Shown in pieces: positions 8,903 to 18,577 of a stretch of 28,474 nt of DNA. The notes beneath the pieces are model-generated. The model had not been told where the DNA came from. It made no database searches and saw only the letters and a program-made list of their open reading frames with translations. How positions within the stretch are numbered: the first letter of the stretch is position 1; each line of letters starts with the position of its first letter. The DNA comes from a virus (Duplodnaviria; Caudoviricetes), in IMG/VR virus record IMGVR_UViG_3300020044_005107, positions 1 through 28,474 of that record, one strand, 5' to 3'. The position numbers and the translations under genes were made by a program.

Positions 8903-10455
8903 TGGCTAGGTACGCCTCAGATCAATTTTATAACTTTGGTGCCTACGAACCAGGTTACGCAGCACCAGGTTCTGGAAGTGAATATGGTTATCAAGATAAC
9001 CCACGTTATTTATGGCCTAGTGATAACTATCGTAATGCTTTAACAGGGTCTAACATAGGATTAAAGCGTGGGTATATTAGAATGCTTGCTGAAGCCTATG
9101 GAACAGATGCAATAGGTAAAAAACTTGCAGGTCGTCGTTTTCATTTTCAGTTTAACCCAGATGTTTTAGTGCGCCAAGTAAGCGCACGTAATGATGTTCA
9201 ATTTTGGATGAACCAAGATCCTGGTCAGTTAGTTTCTCCTATTCCTGGCGATGCTAACTTTGCATTTGAGTTTATAATTAACCGAGAAGCCGAAGTTGCA
9301 ACTGGTTCATATAACGATGGTTCTGTCGCATACGCCGACAAGGTAGATAGAAAACCACGAATAAACGCTTCATCTGGTACTGGCATTGTTGGTGGACCTA
9401 GCCCATATGGAAATATGCCAACTCGTATGACGTACGATCCTACTTCGGTATCAGACATTGGTGTATTAGCAGACCTTCTTGTTTTTGACAATATTATTGG
9501 TCAAGGCGTTAACGCTGAGTTAATAACATCAATTTTAGGAAAGTTCAACGCTAACAAAGACGCATACAATGCAACAATTGATACAACAACAGACGAACAA
9601 GACAAAAAACAAATAACCTCTGATGTATCTAAGTCAGTAAATGAGTTCCTTCAGGGAAGTGTTGGTAACTCTGCGTTTCTTATTTCACAACCAGTACGTA
9701 TTGTGTTTTCATCTCTGTATATGGTTGAAGGTTTCGTTACCTCATCTACAGTTACTTTTAACAAATTTAATTATGCAATGGTCCCTACTCAGTGCACAGT
9801 GTCTATCAACATGCAAGCAATGTATATTGGGTTTGCTTCAAAAGATACATTCCTTACAACAACTTTAGCCGCCGCTAACTCAGGTGGTGGTGGTACTGGT
9901 GCAGGGGATCCTGCGGCTACTCCTCCTCAGACAGAATCCCAAGGATTAGAAGGATTGAATCTTTTTAGTAAAACATCTTTATCTATCGTAGATGGTGCCA
10001 ACTTTCAACAGTTAGCGCCTTTTGAACTCCTTACAAAGGATTCAAACCCTACTACTTTTATATTTTACGCTATTAAACATCCAGATTTTAATGACGCTAT
10101 TAAAGCAGGGTACGTACAAAGTATTACTGCAACTATTGACATAGACGTTATATACAAAGGTGGTGGTACTGGTAGTGGTTATGCGGTTGACGAATTAGTG
10201 CATAGTTTTTCAAATTCACAAGACATGGTAAAGATGGATAAAGCAACATTTGAGATTACACGTGCAGTACCTCAGATTAATAAACCATGGGCTACTAATA
10301 GTGGTGCTACTTATCAATTTAAAGGAAGCGTTACATTTGAAGTATTTAGCCCACAAACTTCAACCATCAGTAAACAAGTGGCATCAATAGATAAGACTAT
10401 TACGTGGTCTAATTACATAAGCGCAACAGATTTCACTATAACAAAGGTGGCTTAA
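8902..10455 (+). CDS. Baseplate tube-initiator (CIS tube/Afp7-like) protein with C-terminal extension
   Basis: FHFQFNP and PVRIVF...EGFVTSSTVTFNKFNYAMVPTQCTVSINM motifs; follows the tape measure with TAATG overlap. Confidence 0.7.
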   Translation: MARYASDQFYNFGAYEPGYAAPGSGSEYGYQDNPRYLWPSDNYRNALTGSNIGLKRGYIRMLAEAYGTDAIGKKLAGRRFHFQFNPDVLVRQVSARNDVQFWMNQDPGQLVSPIPGDANFAFEFIINREAEVATGSYNDGSVAYADKVDRKPRINASSGTGIVGGPSPYGNMPTRMTYDPTSVSDIGVLADLLVFDNIIGQGVNAELITSILGKFNANKDAYNATIDTTTDEQDKKQITSDVSKSVNEFLQGSVGNSAFLISQPVRIVFSSLYMVEGFVTSSTVTFNKFNYAMVPTQCTVSINMQAMYIGFASKDTFLTTTLAAANSGGGGTGAGDPAATPPQTESQGLEGLNLFSKTSLSIVDGANFQQLAPFELLTKDSNPTTFIFYAIKHPDFNDAIKAGYVQSITATIDIDVIYKGGGTGSGYAVDELVHSFSNSQDMVKMDKATFEITRAVPQINKPWATNSGATYQFKGSVTFEVFSPQTSTISKQVASIDKTITWSNYISATDFTITKVA

Positions 10456-10460
10456 CAACT

Positions 10461-10712
10461 ATGGCACTTAGTACTGGTTCACGATACACAACTAAAACTA
10501 ATGATGCTGATTCCGCAGTTATTGCTGTACGTAAAGGTACGGCCTCAGTTAAATATACTAACTATGTTGTAGGAAGTTCAGAAACATTTGAAAGTATTGC
10601 TAATCGTATTTATCGGGATCCTAATTTATATTGGAAAATTGCTGATATAAACCCACATGTTAAATTTCCAACTTTAATTCCTTTAGGGACTACCATCCGA
10701 ATTCCATCATGA
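10461..10712 (+). CDS. LysM-like baseplate wedge protein (P2 gpX/T4 gp53-like)
   Basis: YVVGSSETFESIANRIYRDPNLYWKIADINP...GTTIRIP is a typical baseplate LysM domain. Confidence 0.9.
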   Translation: MALSTGSRYTTKTNDADSAVIAVRKGTASVKYTNYVVGSSETFESIANRIYRDPNLYWKIADINPHVKFPTLIPLGTTIRIPS

Positions 10713-11881
10713 TCTTTAAAAGTAGCCACCCAGGATCACCTGATGTCTCAGTAGTTATTAGTGGAGCAACAGTTGATTACACCACTATTACGTCTCTAAC
10801 TGTTGACGTACATGAGAACATGCATGATGTGGCTACAATTACATTCTCTGGATTAGTTCCCGTAGGTATCACAGACTATGTAGGATCTCCTGTTTTTATT
10901 TCTATAAAAGTTGGGGCTGAACGTACTGTTGACTTTTATGGTTATATTTCATTTATTGAACCTAAAATGGAAACAAGAAAAGGATTAATTAATAACAGTC
11001 CCGTACAAACCGCTGTAGCAACATGCATGGGTTCTTCATATGATATGTCTTATCCCATATACAAAACATGGGAAAACATAACCCTTGCTCAATTAGTATC
11101 TCAGATTGCTAATGAGTATGGATACTCTTATGCTGTTCCAAATGATACTTTTGTGTGGAAGCGCTTGGCACAAACAGGGACGTCTGACTGGGAATTGCTA
11201 ACAAGTGCTTGTAAGTCAATTGGGTATAACGTGACAGCCTCTGGTACCCATATACATGTATATGACCCTTACAAAGCAGTGTCACGCCAACTTCCTTATG
11301 TTGAACTACTTAATGTTCGTGGTGCCTACGGTGACTTAAAGTATGAACCAGGTCGCATCATGGAGTTCAACGGTTTATTTGGTGACACTACCCTTGATGG
11401 GACCATTTACAATTACAACTATGCGGGAATTGACTCTTCAGGAACTATTGTCCGTTCATCAACTGATGATACTGACTTTACAGGTTTTGGAGAATTAGTG
11501 TCACGTAAAGGGGTTGCCGAAGTAAATACCAACGTTACGTCCCTAGACATGTTAAATAGACTGTCTAAAGCGTCCGTTAGGCAACACTATCCGTACAACG
11601 CAACTGCACTAGTAACAGGTGTCCCCGATCCAGTCCCTGGGTCTGTTGTTAAAATTGACAACTTTAATTCTAATTTTGATGGTTACTGGTTGGTCCGTGG
11701 AGCACGACACACAGTGACTCGGTCTAACTATGTAACTGAGTTGACCATTGCAACGGACTCCACAACGGGTAAAACTTTGGAGTCAAAGCCTGGGGCGGCT
11801 TTTAAACTACCCCCACCTCCTGTTTTAAATAAAGATAATGTATGGGTATCTTCTTTAGATTTTGGTGATGTCTATGCTTAA
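10709..11881 (+). CDS. Baseplate hub protein (gp27/gpD/VgrG N-terminal-like)
   Basis: TWENITLAQLVSQIANEYG, QTGTSDWELL and PGSVVKI...FDGYWLVRGARH motifs. Confidence 0.85.
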   Translation: MIFKSSHPGSPDVSVVISGATVDYTTITSLTVDVHENMHDVATITFSGLVPVGITDYVGSPVFISIKVGAERTVDFYGYISFIEPKMETRKGLINNSPVQTAVATCMGSSYDMSYPIYKTWENITLAQLVSQIANEYGYSYAVPNDTFVWKRLAQTGTSDWELLTSACKSIGYNVTASGTHIHVYDPYKAVSRQLPYVELLNVRGAYGDLKYEPGRIMEFNGLFGDTTLDGTIYNYNYAGIDSSGTIVRSSTDDTDFTGFGELVSRKGVAEVNTNVTSLDMLNRLSKASVRQHYPYNATALVTGVPDPVPGSVVKIDNFNSNFDGYWLVRGARHTVTRSNYVTELTIATDSTTGKTLESKPGAAFKLPPPPVLNKDNVWVSSLDFGDVYA

Positions 11882-12404
11882 TAACCCAGTTTACCGAGCA
11901 CTTGTTGTGCATTCAGATAATTCAACAGGGATCATCAAAGTGCGCATTCCTGCCCTATCTGGGATAGACAGTGTCGTAGATATTTCATATATCGGTAGAA
12001 CGGCGTATAATGGAGTCTGGCCCGTACCTGCAATTGGATCACAAATAGTAGTCACCGCTGACGATGCCCACCTTACGAACGTCTTTTGGGTTCAAGTAAA
12101 CCCTGATGCCCCAACGTCTTTGGCGGGAGTTAACGCAAGTATCGCTGACCTGCAAACAGCGGTAGGAGACAACGAGTCAAACATTAATGCAGTACGGACA
12201 ATGGTCGCCGCTAATACGTCGGCTACTGACCGTAACACAACAGATGTCTCAATAATTAATTCAACTATAAGCACGGTATCTACCGATATTTATAGGACAA
12301 CTAATATGTTGCAGACGATACAGGCGATCAGTTCTACGCTGGAAGCCCGTACATCTGAGTTGGAAGATTATGTAGATGCTTTTTATTTAGGAGTTTATAG
12401 ATAA
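11862..12404 (+). CDS. Baseplate spike (gp5/gpV OB-fold) with coiled-coil C terminus; start may be ATG 11868 or 11874
   Basis: YRALVV...GIIKVRIPAL...VPAIGSQIVV...VFW is the gpV/gp5 OB-fold pattern, followed by heptad-like repeats. Confidence 0.75.
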   Translation: MVMSMLNNPVYRALVVHSDNSTGIIKVRIPALSGIDSVVDISYIGRTAYNGVWPVPAIGSQIVVTADDAHLTNVFWVQVNPDAPTSLAGVNASIADLQTAVGDNESNINAVRTMVAANTSATDRNTTDVSIINSTISTVSTDIYRTTNMLQTIQAISSTLEARTSELEDYVDAFYLGVYR

Positions 12405-12814
12405 TGTCAACAATTAAAGTACCTTTTCAAATAGAATCTTCTGGACGTGTTGGACGGGTTTTAGATCAAAACTCTATTGCTAAACAACACGTTATGGACA
12501 TTTTAGTTACGTCTAAGAACGAACGAACTATGCGTCCTGGGTATGGTGCTGGCGCCAATGACCTTATGTTTGAACCTGTAGATGACCTCATATTTTCAGA
12601 ATTTAAAACTGATGCCATGCTTGAATTTAGCAAACATCTCAACATCGCAACAGTTCTTGATGTGCGTGTTGCCCCCATGACCACACCATATTTCGGAGAT
12701 GACGGTACTTCTTTAGAAGTATCTGTTCATTACCGTACTGCATCTCCAGGAGTACAATCCCTTAATTACAATATTGTTTCTATGGATAACCTTACTGAGG
12801 AGACGCTTTCATGA
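12404..12814 (+). CDS. Baseplate wedge subunit, gp25/gpW family
   Basis: ILVTSKNERTMRPGYGAG...LMFEP is the gp25 signature. Confidence 0.92.
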   Translation: MSTIKVPFQIESSGRVGRVLDQNSIAKQHVMDILVTSKNERTMRPGYGAGANDLMFEPVDDLIFSEFKTDAMLEFSKHLNIATVLDVRVAPMTTPYFGDDGTSLEVSVHYRTASPGVQSLNYNIVSMDNLTEETLS

Positions 12815-14382
12815 GCACTTTTGACTACACAAGCCGAGACTACGCATCTATTCAAGCGGACTTGTTCGCTCGTGCGTCACGACAATTACCTGAGTGGACA
12901 AGCCGTGAGGCGTCTGACTTTGGTGTACTTATGGTTGATTTGTGGGCGTATATGGGGGACGTGCTCCATTACTACATTGATCGTGCGGCTGGGGAATCGT
13001 TCCTTAACACGGCTACACAACGTGAAAGCGTGCTAGCAATAGCCAACCTATTAGATTACGTACCATCTGGACGCCGTTCAGCAACTGCCTCAATACAGTT
13101 GGATGCATCTAATACTACAGCAACGGACCTTAACCCAGTATTTATTCCTAAACGAACAAGGTTTCTTGCATCTCCATTGGTTGACTCAGCAAACAAAGTT
13201 GTGTTTACCAGTGATACCGCTATTGCTTTTGTTGGTACCGCTAACGGAGCAAGTACAAACATTGTGTCAGATGGAATTACCTACAACACTTTTCCAAAAA
13301 CTACTGTAGTTACAATGCCCGTTACTGAAGGTGAATGGTATACCGAAACATACACATCTACTGGATTGTTTGGTCAACGGATAACCCTACGACAAACAGG
13401 TGCTGTAACAGAAAGCATTTCGGTTTCTGTAAACGAAGGGGCTGGAAGTACCAGTGTTCCATATACCTATGTAAGTAGGATCATTGAAGGAAAAAATAGC
13501 GACAAAGTATTCTCTGTAGACATCACAGCAGATAACTATTCTGTAATTAGTTTTGGCAACAACATTAATGGATTTATACCACTTATTAACTCTACTATTA
13601 CAATTACATACCGCAAAAGTCGTGGCAGTGCAGGAAACGTAGTTATTGGAGCAATAAAAGAGATTGAAAGTTACCAAGTACCAAGCAAGCCAGCATTAGA
13701 CGGGTTAGTAGTTCTTGCTAACACCTCTAAGGCGGTTGGTGGTGTTGATATTGAATCAATCTCTTCTCTAAAGTCAAACATACCAGCAGCATTTAGGTCA
13801 CAAGACCGAGCCGTATCTTTACAAGATTATAAAGACCTTGTACTTCGTGTTCCTGGTATTGTTCGTGCAACATCATACGTTAGCGGTAGCACTGTTCAGA
13901 TTCTTGCAACCAATCAAATATCTGATTATGGGTCCAGCAACACATTGGTGTTGTCTGCTGATGATGTTTCCCGTATCCAAGCGTATCTTGCACCAAGAGA
14001 AATCACGTTTGTAACGTCTAACGTGGGTGCATCAGTATCGTTAACTCCCGTTAACTTTAGTGGAACTATTCAAGTTAAAGATAGTTATATTAGAGAAAAA
14101 GTAAAAGACAATGTTGTTACTGCTATTTATAATTTGTTTAGTTTTGATAACGCATCGTTTGGAAACAAAGTCTCTTTAGGAAGTGTGTATCGTGCAATAC
14201 TTGATGTTGACGGTGTGGACTACGCAGTAATTAGTAGGTTTACCACCACAGTAAATAACGTAATTGATAGTAGTGGTAGTTTTACAGGTGTTCAAGCACC
14301 TGAAACATCTATGTTGGTAATTAGCAATACGTCTGCTTTTGTACTAACACCTAGCGGTGGTATCTCCGCTTCTGGAGCGTAA
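12811..14382 (+). CDS. Baseplate J-like wedge protein
   Basis: DYTSRDYASI, PEWT...SDFG, ESFLNTATQRESV, GSAGNV and GGVDIE...QDRAVSLQDY motifs. Confidence 0.95.
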   Translation: MSTFDYTSRDYASIQADLFARASRQLPEWTSREASDFGVLMVDLWAYMGDVLHYYIDRAAGESFLNTATQRESVLAIANLLDYVPSGRRSATASIQLDASNTTATDLNPVFIPKRTRFLASPLVDSANKVVFTSDTAIAFVGTANGASTNIVSDGITYNTFPKTTVVTMPVTEGEWYTETYTSTGLFGQRITLRQTGAVTESISVSVNEGAGSTSVPYTYVSRIIEGKNSDKVFSVDITADNYSVISFGNNINGFIPLINSTITITYRKSRGSAGNVVIGAIKEIESYQVPSKPALDGLVVLANTSKAVGGVDIESISSLKSNIPAAFRSQDRAVSLQDYKDLVLRVPGIVRATSYVSGSTVQILATNQISDYGSSNTLVLSADDVSRIQAYLAPREITFVTSNVGASVSLTPVNFSGTIQVKDSYIREKVKDNVVTAIYNLFSFDNASFGNKVSLGSVYRAILDVDGVDYAVISRFTTTVNNVIDSSGSFTGVQAPETSMLVISNTSAFVLTPSGGISASGA

Positions 14383-14384
14383 CT

Positions 14385-17207
14385 ATGGCAAGAGAGTCAT
14401 TTAGACTTAGGCGGTATGTTGGTGCTGGTGACCTAACTGGTGTAGGTTCGTATGTCCGTGGTTTGGACACAATGCAAACTACTGCTGGAGCGTCTGTTGT
14501 TGATCAAGACTCGGCTATCCGTTCTACGGGTATTACTACATCTCTGCCAGTCTTTACAAGCACCTCAGCCGTTGATGCTGGCGAATCGGTGTTTGAAGGA
14601 CAAGCAATTGAATACAATGCTGTAGTTTTAAATTGGTCGTTGACAGATGACTTTGTTACTGCCGACACGGTTACTACAGGTAACGTAGGTTTAATAAGTG
14701 TTGCCGTAGTTTACTCAACCACTGGTTTTCCAGAAACAGTTGTTGATGGTGAGTTGCTTGTAAGTGGAACTACTAATAACTACTTACACCAACAAACAGT
14801 TACTATTGGCACAGACGCTGGACCACTGTACGTGGAAAAGCCAGAACCAGGTAAATGGGCGTACTACACGTTGTTTGCGTACTATAACGCTGACGGGGTT
14901 AATGGTTCATACTTCTATGATCGTTTGGCTTCTATTGAGGTACTTGTCCCTAAGGATTACGGTTCACGAACTGAGTTGTGGAACCGAATACCCACGTATT
15001 ACCGAGAAATGGATATCAATAATAACAATCAATTTGAACGCTTTATTGATACTTTTGGATTTGAACTAGACCGAAACCGCACACTTATTGATTCTGTTAT
15101 GACACAGTATGATCCTTTGTTAGCAGACGCAGAGGGTGTTGAACAACTAGCAACCATGCTTGGGCTAGAACTTAATGTTGATGACATCGGGGTATCTAGG
15201 ACTCGTTCGTTGCTCCATGACATTGGATACCTACGCCGTACTAAGGGAACACTTGAGTCAGTTCGTGATTACATCACTGCAGTTAGCGGTTCTGACGTAA
15301 CCATAACCACAGGCGCTTCTGCTCCGTTCTATACCTTCAATGTTCACGCACAACGTGCCAACCTTGTGGCTGACCCACGGTTCCTTACTAACTCAGGTGT
15401 GTCATGGAACGTGGCGCAACAACCTGCGGTTACACGCACCAACCTGATAACCAACCCTAACTTTGAGGTGAACACAACTGGCTGGACTGGTTCAGGAACT
15501 TTTGCCAGAACAACAGCACAATTTTACTCTGGTGTTGCTTCAATGTCTTTGACGTATACAGGGTCTGGAACTGTATTAGTAGAACAGTCAACACGACCTG
15601 TGGTTACCGCAGGTTTGACATATACAGCAAGTTTTTATATGAAGCAATCTGTTAATGCTGGTCTTGTTGTTTGTAACTTCATGTGGTACAACGCTGCTGG
15701 TTCATTAATCCTTGATGATTCACACCAATCCAATGACCCGACTACGGAATGGCAGAGGTTTAGTTATACAAGAACTGCGCCTGCTAATGCTGTTTCTTGC
15801 TCTTTCCGTGTGTACCAGTTTTTAGGTGAGGGTGGTGGTGCTGTTGCGACAGTGAACTTTGTTGATGCTTTCTTGATTGAGCAAGCCTCATCTGCGTTGC
15901 CATATTTTGATGGTACTTATGTAAATGATTACCAAGGGTATGGAATCCTAAGTAAGGGTTGGTCTGGAACGGCTAACGCTTCTACCTCTACTGCTTCTTG
16001 GTTTACTGGTAACACCAGAACCAACCTTGTCAACAATCCAAACTTTGAAGTAAACACAACGGGTTGGGGTGTTGACGCTGTAACAACTTTGGCTCGCAGT
16101 ACGGCCCAATTTTATTCTGGAACGGCATCAGGTTTAGCGACTATCACTAACAATACTGGAGCCGCAGGAATTAATAACCTAAGTGCCCGTAACCCTGCTA
16201 CGGCTGGCTTGAGTTACACGGCATCGGCTTATGTGAGACTGAATACTGGAACGGCTTTTCCTTATTATGTGGCTCTGTACTTTTATGACGCTGCGGGAAG
16301 TATTCTTTCCGCCCCATCAGCAACCGCAACAACTATGGGTTCTGCGTGGGAACGAAAATCTGTTACAGCAACCGCACCAGCCAATACTGTGAGCGTTGGG
16401 TTGGGTGTTTTTAGATCAACAGCACTCACTGGAACATGTAGTTTCTATGTTGACGCAATTATGGTTGAACAATCCTCATCTGCACTCCCATACTTTGACG
16501 GTACTTATGCTGACACATACACGGGTTACACTCTAAATACCCAATCATGGAATGGAACCGCTAACGCCAGCACTTCTACAACATCTTGGTACACCACCAA
16601 TCTTCTTCCAACCATTAGTACGGCACCAGCAGAAGGTATTCAAATTACGGCTGGTGCTTCGGGCAACAAGATTGCGGTTGTTTCTAACGTAGCCGTCCCC
16701 GTGTCAGCAAACAATTTATATTACATATCTGCTGACTTCTCTGCACTCCCACAAATTGTGTACGGTGGGTCATGGGGAACCAGTTCAACTTGGACAGACT
16801 GGACAGACGCCACAGCCGCCGATTCTATCTCTGTGGGTGTTGACGGTAGGTACACCTATCTAATGAACGCAACCACTTCGGGAACCAAGTACCCTGCATT
16901 CCTATTAAACCTCAGCGCAGGACAATCAATTACTTTGTCTAAATGGATGGTTGAACCTAATAGTGTTGGACAGTTCTTTGACGGTGATACTGTGTTCAGC
17001 GGGTTTTTGTACCAAGGATTTACTTCTGATCATACGTGGTCTGGGACTAAATACGCCTCATACTCTCTATATACGACTAACCGTAAAAAGACGCAAACTG
17101 CGCTAACCACTTTGATGCCAAAGATTCTACCTGTTACGCTGATGGGTACTTCAGGTGGAAACGCCAAGTACCTTATGCAGTTTGATTGGATCCCAGGAAA
17201 AACATGA
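14385..17207 (+). CDS. Baseplate gpI-like / tail fiber protein with tandem carbohydrate-binding (CBM4/9-like) modules
   Basis: P2 gpI-like segment LWNRIPTYYR...LATMLG...RRTKGT (about 14976-15290), plus two NLxxNPNFEVNTTGW...PYFDG modules. Confidence 0.8.
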   Translation: MARESFRLRRYVGAGDLTGVGSYVRGLDTMQTTAGASVVDQDSAIRSTGITTSLPVFTSTSAVDAGESVFEGQAIEYNAVVLNWSLTDDFVTADTVTTGNVGLISVAVVYSTTGFPETVVDGELLVSGTTNNYLHQQTVTIGTDAGPLYVEKPEPGKWAYYTLFAYYNADGVNGSYFYDRLASIEVLVPKDYGSRTELWNRIPTYYREMDINNNNQFERFIDTFGFELDRNRTLIDSVMTQYDPLLADAEGVEQLATMLGLELNVDDIGVSRTRSLLHDIGYLRRTKGTLESVRDYITAVSGSDVTITTGASAPFYTFNVHAQRANLVADPRFLTNSGVSWNVAQQPAVTRTNLITNPNFEVNTTGWTGSGTFARTTAQFYSGVASMSLTYTGSGTVLVEQSTRPVVTAGLTYTASFYMKQSVNAGLVVCNFMWYNAAGSLILDDSHQSNDPTTEWQRFSYTRTAPANAVSCSFRVYQFLGEGGGAVATVNFVDAFLIEQASSALPYFDGTYVNDYQGYGILSKGWSGTANASTSTASWFTGNTRTNLVNNPNFEVNTTGWGVDAVTTLARSTAQFYSGTASGLATITNNTGAAGINNLSARNPATAGLSYTASAYVRLNTGTAFPYYVALYFYDAAGSILSAPSATATTMGSAWERKSVTATAPANTVSVGLGVFRSTALTGTCSFYVDAIMVEQSSSALPYFDGTYADTYTGYTLNTQSWNGTANASTSTTSWYTTNLLPTISTAPAEGIQITAGASGNKIAVVSNVAVPVSANNLYYISADFSALPQIVYGGSWGTSSTWTDWTDATAADSISVGVDGRYTYLMNATTSGTKYPAFLLNLSAGQSITLSKWMVEPNSVGQFFDGDTVFSGFLYQGFTSDHTWSGTKYASYSLYTTNRKKTQTALTTLMPKILPVTLMGTSGGNAKYLMQFDWIPGKT
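15435..16589 (+). repeat. Tandem intragenic duplication of an ~190-aa module (15435-16001 and 16017-16589)
   Basis: Both copies begin RTNL(I/V)(T/N)NPNFEVNTTGW, share AQFYSG, AGL(T/S)YTAS, TAPAN and SSALPYFDGTY, and end W(S/N)GTANASTST(A/T)SW. Confidence 0.92.
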
Positions 17208-17461
17208 TTACATACCTTGTGGCAGGTTTAGCCGTATACAAATTGGTTCAATTACTAAATGTACTAACGCCACGAGAAGCAATGCCTTGGGTCAAGATCC
17301 TTGCTGGAATTATCTTTGGGTACGGTGCATCTTTTGTTTTAAATATTCAAGACATATGGACATCTGGTCTTGTAGTCGCTACACTGGCTGGCGCCTGCCA
17401 CGGTGTACTCCGAATGATTACGCTTGTGGGAGACATGGCACAACGCAAATCATTAAAATAG
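17204..17461 (+). CDS. Small membrane protein, holin-like
   Basis: ATG 17204 overlaps the upstream TGA (ATGA) and has an AGGA SD. 85 aa with 2-3 hydrophobic segments and a basic C terminus (RKSLK). Confidence 0.55.
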   Translation: MITYLVAGLAVYKLVQLLNVLTPREAMPWVKILAGIIFGYGASFVLNIQDIWTSGLVVATLAGACHGVLRMITLVGDMAQRKSLK

Positions 17462-17470
17462 GAGAAAACG

Positions 17471-18307
17471 ATGCTAAAGAAATACGGTGTATTAGGAACA
17501 GGTAGAACCAGCAAAAACATCATTGAGGACGCCCTTAACGAATTGGGCGTAGATAACAACTTTATTGTTACCTGTGGTGCCAAGCCGTCAGAGTCAGAGT
17601 CACGAGTAATCAACTGGCTGATTGACATGGAAGTTGATTTCATGCTTACCCACAATGGTAAGGCTCCTGCGGAGTTTATTGAGAAGGCTTCAGTTGAGCG
17701 ACTAGACGCAAACCCAGCAAGAGACATGATTCATTATTTGTCAAAGACAAAAGGAACTCTTTTGCTTCTTTGGGATGACACGCTGGTACCTGAGATGGAA
17801 GAGATCTGTTTTGATGCCGCTGACGCTGGCGTCCCTATCTTGGACTTGACTAATGGACTGGTTCCTATCGTTGTAGATATCACTTCTGAAAAAGAAGAAG
17901 CACCTAAACCAGTACCAACTGAAGAAGTTGAGATTGAACCGTTTAGTCGTGATGAAATGCTTTCAATGTCCATTGGTGTTCTACGAAAGACAGCCAAGTC
18001 TCAAGGGATCCAAGTAGGAACAAGCATGACCAAAGAACAAATCGTTGATGCAATTATCCATGACGTTGACGCAATTATCAATGACGCCGAAGTGATTGAA
18101 CCAGTCATTGAAGAAGAGGAAGAGATCCTCCCACCGATTGACCTAGGTACATTCCATGTTGTAAGTAGCGCTACAAATGACAGAGCGATTACTAGTTCTT
18201 ATAACACGTGCATGCTTACGGCAACATTTCCTAGCGGAGTAATTATGAGTCGTCCTGCAAATGTGGAAGAAGTCAAACAGTTGTTTGGCTTCGGTGCAAC
18301 TATTTAA
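17471..18307 (+). CDS. Acidic hypothetical protein with a Rossmann/SLOG-like N terminus and a Rho-N/HEH-like motif
   Basis: AGGAG SD. YGVLGTGR...FIVTCGA at the N terminus; RDEMLSMSIGVLRKTAKSQGIQVGTSMTKEQIVDAII resembles the Rho N-terminal helical motif. Confidence 0.6.
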   Translation: MLKKYGVLGTGRTSKNIIEDALNELGVDNNFIVTCGAKPSESESRVINWLIDMEVDFMLTHNGKAPAEFIEKASVERLDANPARDMIHYLSKTKGTLLLLWDDTLVPEMEEICFDAADAGVPILDLTNGLVPIVVDITSEKEEAPKPVPTEEVEIEPFSRDEMLSMSIGVLRKTAKSQGIQVGTSMTKEQIVDAIIHDVDAIINDAEVIEPVIEEEEEILPPIDLGTFHVVSSATNDRAITSSYNTCMLTATFPSGVIMSRPANVEEVKQLFGFGATI

Positions 18308-18577
18308 TTACCACTTCACCCTGTCAGCCCAGTAGGCAGCAGACATCTTTCCTTTAGCAATATTCTTTGCATGACGTGCTTTGAATGAATCATTGCGTGC
18401 AGAGCCTTCAGGTGAACCTTTAACGCCTTGTTGTCCAAAGCGAATAGTTTTTACTTGGTCACCTTCTTTAGCAACAACAATGTGTGACTTGGTTGGATGA
18501 TCAGGCGTTGCTTTTGGTTTGTTAAAGCCAGATACACCAGCACGAGCCAGGCGTGGATCTTTCTTACTTTCAGCCAT
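18308..18577 (-). CDS. Small basic phage protein (IRFGQQG...SFKARH...AAYWA type, DUF6321-like)
   Basis: 89 aa, Lys/Arg-rich. I recall this motif pattern from aquatic phage hypothetical proteins. TAATG coupling to the upstream - strand ORF. Confidence 0.8.
   Translation of the reverse strand: MAESKKDPRLARAGVSGFNKPKATPDHPTKSHIVVAKEGDQVKTIRFGQQGVKGSPEGSARNDSFKARHAKNIAKGKMSAAYWADRVKW

Noticed and set aside
15435-16589. Diversity-generating retroelement TR/VR pair
   Set aside because: Differences between the copies are not adenine-specific, both copies are in frame in one gene, and no reverse transcriptase is present in the window.
2334-17207. Bacterial eCIS/tailocin locus rather than a phage
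   Set aside because: There is no Afp15-type ATPase or effector gene, and neck-like genes and a full phage replication operon are contiguous.
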